A stretch of 64,000 bases of DNA, taken from the NCBI GenBank assembly GCA_976551045.1, contig CDPCPM010000073.1, forward strand, positions 27,218,001 through 27,282,000. The letters run 5' to 3'. The notes below the pieces were generated by a model. That model was not told the DNA's origin. It was given only the letters and a program-made list of their open reading frames with translations, and did no database searches. The translations under genes and the position numbers were made by a program. This DNA comes from Glaucostegus cemiculus (taxonomy: Eukaryota). Positions within the stretch are counted from its first letter, which is position 1. Every line of letters begins with the position of its first letter. Positions 59,613 to 64,000 of this stretch are shown piece after piece.

Positions 59613-61059
59613 TTGCCTCATTCGCTCCTTGACTTTAGAGCCAATGTGAGATTAAGATCATTCTTTTATTTCAAAACATGAGAAATATTCAACACTGAAG
59701 TCAGCCTGAGTAATATTAGTCCATATCGAGATCAATGGTAGTGTTTAAGATAAGCTACACATCAAAGTAAAACATTTTACTTGGCACTTTTTAATTTGCC
59801 ATAAATCTGTTAATACTTTAGTGCAACCTAACTCCATCCACACATTCCTTACCATATGGTGTCAGTGGAATATACAGGGAACAGAATCCTCACGATTTCT
59901 GAAGATTTTATTAGCAGTAGCACTTCTGAGTCCGTTCCTATATTTGAAACATTGGTGTCAGATTTTAAAAATATGATTACCATGTGTGATTTCTGTAGCA
60001 ATGAGAACCACCAGTTTTATCATGCCCCCTAGACAGATGAGTAATATTAATACCTGACATTCTTGAAAGAAAGCTACCAGGCAGGATAGGATATTGAGGA
60101 ATTTAATTTATCTTTAATGAAGTGCTTAGTAACTGAATTAGTTCAAAAGGGATCTCAGTACATCCTGGCTTTACCAACAGTCTGTTGTATTTAGAACTGC
60201 AGTCCCAAAAATTATCACTGCAGATGTGAATCTTAGATTCACTAGATAATGAGAATTTAAGTAAGATAAAGTCTATGTGTCGGGGTTTGGCTTTAATGAG
60301 CTTGGTTAAACAGGACAAGTGAAGATGATGTGTTTTAGAATAAAATGACTGCCTGGGAATATTATGGGTAGATATTCCAGAGTCATAATGACACTTTCAG
60401 AAGTGAATTGCAGCATTTGATTCTATCCTTCATTGACTGTAAGATTCATGTTTATGTCTTTAAGTGCTGGATTTTGTTATTAAAGCTAATGTAATTGGGC
60501 ACTCTTCCCAGTTTCCATTTGTGTCAATAGGACTTGAACTGTGGATAATTTCCACAATGATATCAGCAGATTTCCTCTCAAGAAAATTCTCTTGAGAAGG
60601 TATTTTTGTCCTATCTATATTAAGGGGCAAAGAGAACATCAGAGGTTTTGAATTCTCTGTCAATAGTGATGTGTAATGACCGCCTTGATTTTTGCCAGAT
60701 TGAATGGACAATCATAGCACAAATGGAAATGCAAGCAATTCAAATGGGCTATTCACAAGACAAGATCTAAGGACACCTCTTTTTACTGAAGTTTAATAGT
60801 GTTGAACTGTGGGTGGATTAAAAAAAAAGCCCTGATTTCAATCCCAAATTTCATTCTTGCATAGTTGTAAGATTTCCTGCACTATTGGTATCCATTGCAT
60901 CTATTGTTATGTAAGTCCCTCTCATTGAAATTCTTCAAAGTGTTATGTGGAAAGGCTAGAGTAGCAAAGAGTGGAAAGAAACAGAGCCTTATTAGACTGG
61001 CAGCCTCTGACTGGAGTTTTCTGATGATACTAAACTGTGTGGAGTTGTATGCATAGAAG

Positions 61060-61870
61060 AAGATGTAGAGAGGGTTCAGAGGGATATGGACGTGCTGAAT
61101 GGTCAAAACCAAGACAAGTGTGGGGTTATTTATTTTGGTGTACATAAGAGAACAATGGAGTATTTGTCAGAGATTAGTATTCTTGATGTCCAAAGGGACC
61201 TGTCTGTGCTTGTGCATGTCACTGAGACCCATCATGCAGGTGTAGTAAGCGATTAAGAAGGCAAATAGTGTGTTATTCTTTATGGTAAGAGAATTTGCAT
61301 ACAAAGTAAAGAAGTCTTATTACAATTGTAGAAAGCTTTGGTGAGACCACACCCCGGGTATTGTGTACAAGTGGTGTCCCTATATAGAAAGGATGTATTA
61401 GCCACAGAGGGAGTGAAGTGCATGAGACTGGTTCCAAGGATGAGAACTCCTTGAGTAGACTGGGACTGTATTCCCTAGAGTTTAGAAGAATAAGAGAAAA
61501 TCCTCATCAAACTTATAAAATTCTTAAAGGACTTTTCAGGCAAGATGCAGGAAGGAAGTTTGCGCTGTCTGAAGTGTCTAGAGCCAGGGCACAGTTTCAT
61601 AATAAAGCTGCTTAGGACTGAGATGAGAAGAATTTTCTTCACTCAGAGGGTGGTGAACTTTTGGAATTTTCTATCTGGTAGGGATGTGGAGGCCCAGTCA
61701 TCAGGCTCATTCAACAGAGAGAAATAGATTTCTGGACATTAAGGGGATCATGAGATACAGGTGTAGTGCAGGAACATGGGGCAGAAGATCTGCCATGATC
61801 TTAATGAAGGGTGGAGCAGGCTCAAAGGACCTGGTGTCCCACACCTGTTCTTATTACTTGTATACTTTTA
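61060..61870 (+). mobile_element. CR1 LINE 3' fragment, degenerate
   Basis: LSRLGLYSLEFRRIR and FFTQRVVNFWN remnants. Confidence 0.85.
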
Positions 61871-64000
61871 GATGCCATGATTGTTCTCCTTGGCATAGAC
61901 CAGGGAGACTTGAGAGGTTCAAAAATATGAAGGGTGCCTATTTAGCTATTAGAGGGCAGCTGTTTCCACATTGGGAGTGGAAAGCGCTGTTGATGGTGAG
62001 GCTACTGGTCAGTAGTCAACAGACGCATATCTAAGCTGATCAGCACTAAAGTGAGGAGAGTTTCATCGAGATAAAGAGCTGTTGCAAACTGTAATGAATT
62101 GTTTGAAAGGTGACGATATCAATCATCGACCTGAAATGTTAATTGTTTCTCAAAATGCTACCATGCATGCCTGCTAATTTTTTTCCCAGCATTTTCTGAT
62201 TTTTATTTCAGTCATACATGCTTAGTAACTTTTTAGCAAATTAATACTTGGATCCTCTGTGATGTGACTTACTCATTGCTACTGTTGCTGACAGCACCTT
62301 TCCACTTCCTACACAAGACTAAGATTCTACCTAGTGTATACTTCCATCAGGGAGTGCGAGGGAGAATTGCTTAGGTACTGAAGAGCTTCCTTCAGGTGCT
62401 TGGAAGGTGATCTCTCTCCTCTCCAATACTACAAGGCAAGTATTCATGTGTGGTGCCCCCGCCAACCATGGTGGAAGATTAGGATCTTGCTATAGTGAAG
62501 GGTGGCTGATTGAAGTCTGGGAGCCAATGTCCAACTATGTGGCACATCTACACTTGGCATTACCATGAGAAAGCAGACTGTTTTGCAGCCTTTTATCCTA
62601 AGCAACTCTGCAAGGATGACAATCAAAAGAGTTTGATACACCTCTCTTTAGCATTTCTATTAATAAATAAATGTTAATTTTATGTATAAAATGTACATCT
62701 ACATTTATTTTTACAAATTATTACATTTCCATAATGTTTCAAAGCATTGAAGACATTTTAAAATGAATTACAATAAACCATAACTAGACTGAGAATGGTT
62801 TTATTACATGCAGTGTTTTATGGCAATATTTTTTCAGAAATTTGTACAAGCATTTAATAGTAAACTTTTAATAACTATTACTTGATGTTAGAAAGTGTTG
62901 GAAATCTGTATTTTTCAGTTAAACTTTACAAACTGTTCCAACTTTAGCAAACTTTGACAAATTGAAGTAAGACGGTATCCCTTCGAATGAAATAATTTTG
63001 ATTTTGTTTCTTAATGTAAAGTGAGCAATACCAAATCTCAGCTCATTTTGCAACGGTCCCTTTGGTATTGTAATATTATGGTTATCTTGCATATTGTGTC
63101 CACTTTAAAAACACCATGTTGTTTCCTCTTTATGAGTGCTGTGTCTATTGTCGGTTTTAGAAATACTGTGTATTGTGAGCAGGTGCAGTTGATTACAAGG
63201 CAGTAAAGAAACAGCAAGCATTACATTTTATGAAACTGCAGTATGGCTTCTTAAGCAGTGCCTCAGATTGAAGATGATTTGCTCAACTCCAATTGTGGAG
63301 AGTGGAAGATGCATGTTGGGGGAATACCTTTAATGTGGGGTGGCGGATGTACAATCTAGACAGAGTGAGATCTTTGTCCTCTGGAAAGGAGGTCCAAGAT
63401 AATTGGAGACCAGACTCTGCTGCAAGGACTTAACACACATCAATGTGTGGATATGCATATACTCAAACATACAGGCACACAAATGTTCTTGCTTATGCCC
63501 CATGATCTCAGACTAAGCGCACTTCCTGCCTCTGGTTCCTATCTTCAGCAGAGTGTGTGTCTGTGTGTGTGTGTCTCTCTCTCATTGCCTTTCCCCTAAC
63601 TGCCTTCTTCAGTCTTCCCATCCTGTCTTCATTCCTTTTAAGTCTCTTCTCCATTAGTCACTTTCCCTTTGCTTTTCCTCTTGATCCCCCCATTCTCTCC
63701 CTCACTATCACCCTCCCCACTAATGCAGATTCTCTGCAACACTTTATGCAAATAATCTGACCTCCAAGTTGCCTGATGTTGAGCTGAAAGGTTACATTTT
63801 CCCTTTCTTTCCCCACCCACCTTTGTGAGATGGAAGCTTCTAGACACTGAATCCTGATGTTCTCAGAACAAATAAAGCCATCACAACATAATAAAGTTGG
63901 ATGTCCCCAGGTAAGACCTTCATTATTCGATCAGAAGACAAGCCACCTCAACAGATGGACAGACCTGGCTTTCCCCTCGCCAAACTTAATTTGCAATAAA

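Overview
Vertebrate genomic DNA, most likely from a cartilaginous fish (inferred from the CR1, Rex/Babar, V-SINE and Penelope repeat content). Only one host exon is recognisable: the first coding exon of xylosyltransferase 1 (XYLT1) on the minus strand at 46853-47062, inside a CpG island with a CCAAT-rich promoter. Bases 1-46852 appear to be XYLT1 intron 1 and roughly 47.5-64 kb is upstream intergenic DNA. The main feature is a full-length, apparently intact and very young Gmr1-like Ty3/Gypsy LTR retrotransposon at 33230-39885 (minus strand). It has two 829-bp LTRs with no differences seen by eye, a CCAG target-site duplication, a tRNA-Pro primer-binding site and one 1566-aa Gag-PR-IN-RT-RH ORF with integrase ahead of RT. 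It is inserted in the same orientation as XYLT1. The rest is mostly decayed LINE, SINE, Penelope and MITE fragments, one of which keeps a minimal hammerhead-ribozyme core inside a perfect 21-bp inverted repeat. Repeat families were assigned by eye and the boundaries of old copies are approximate.
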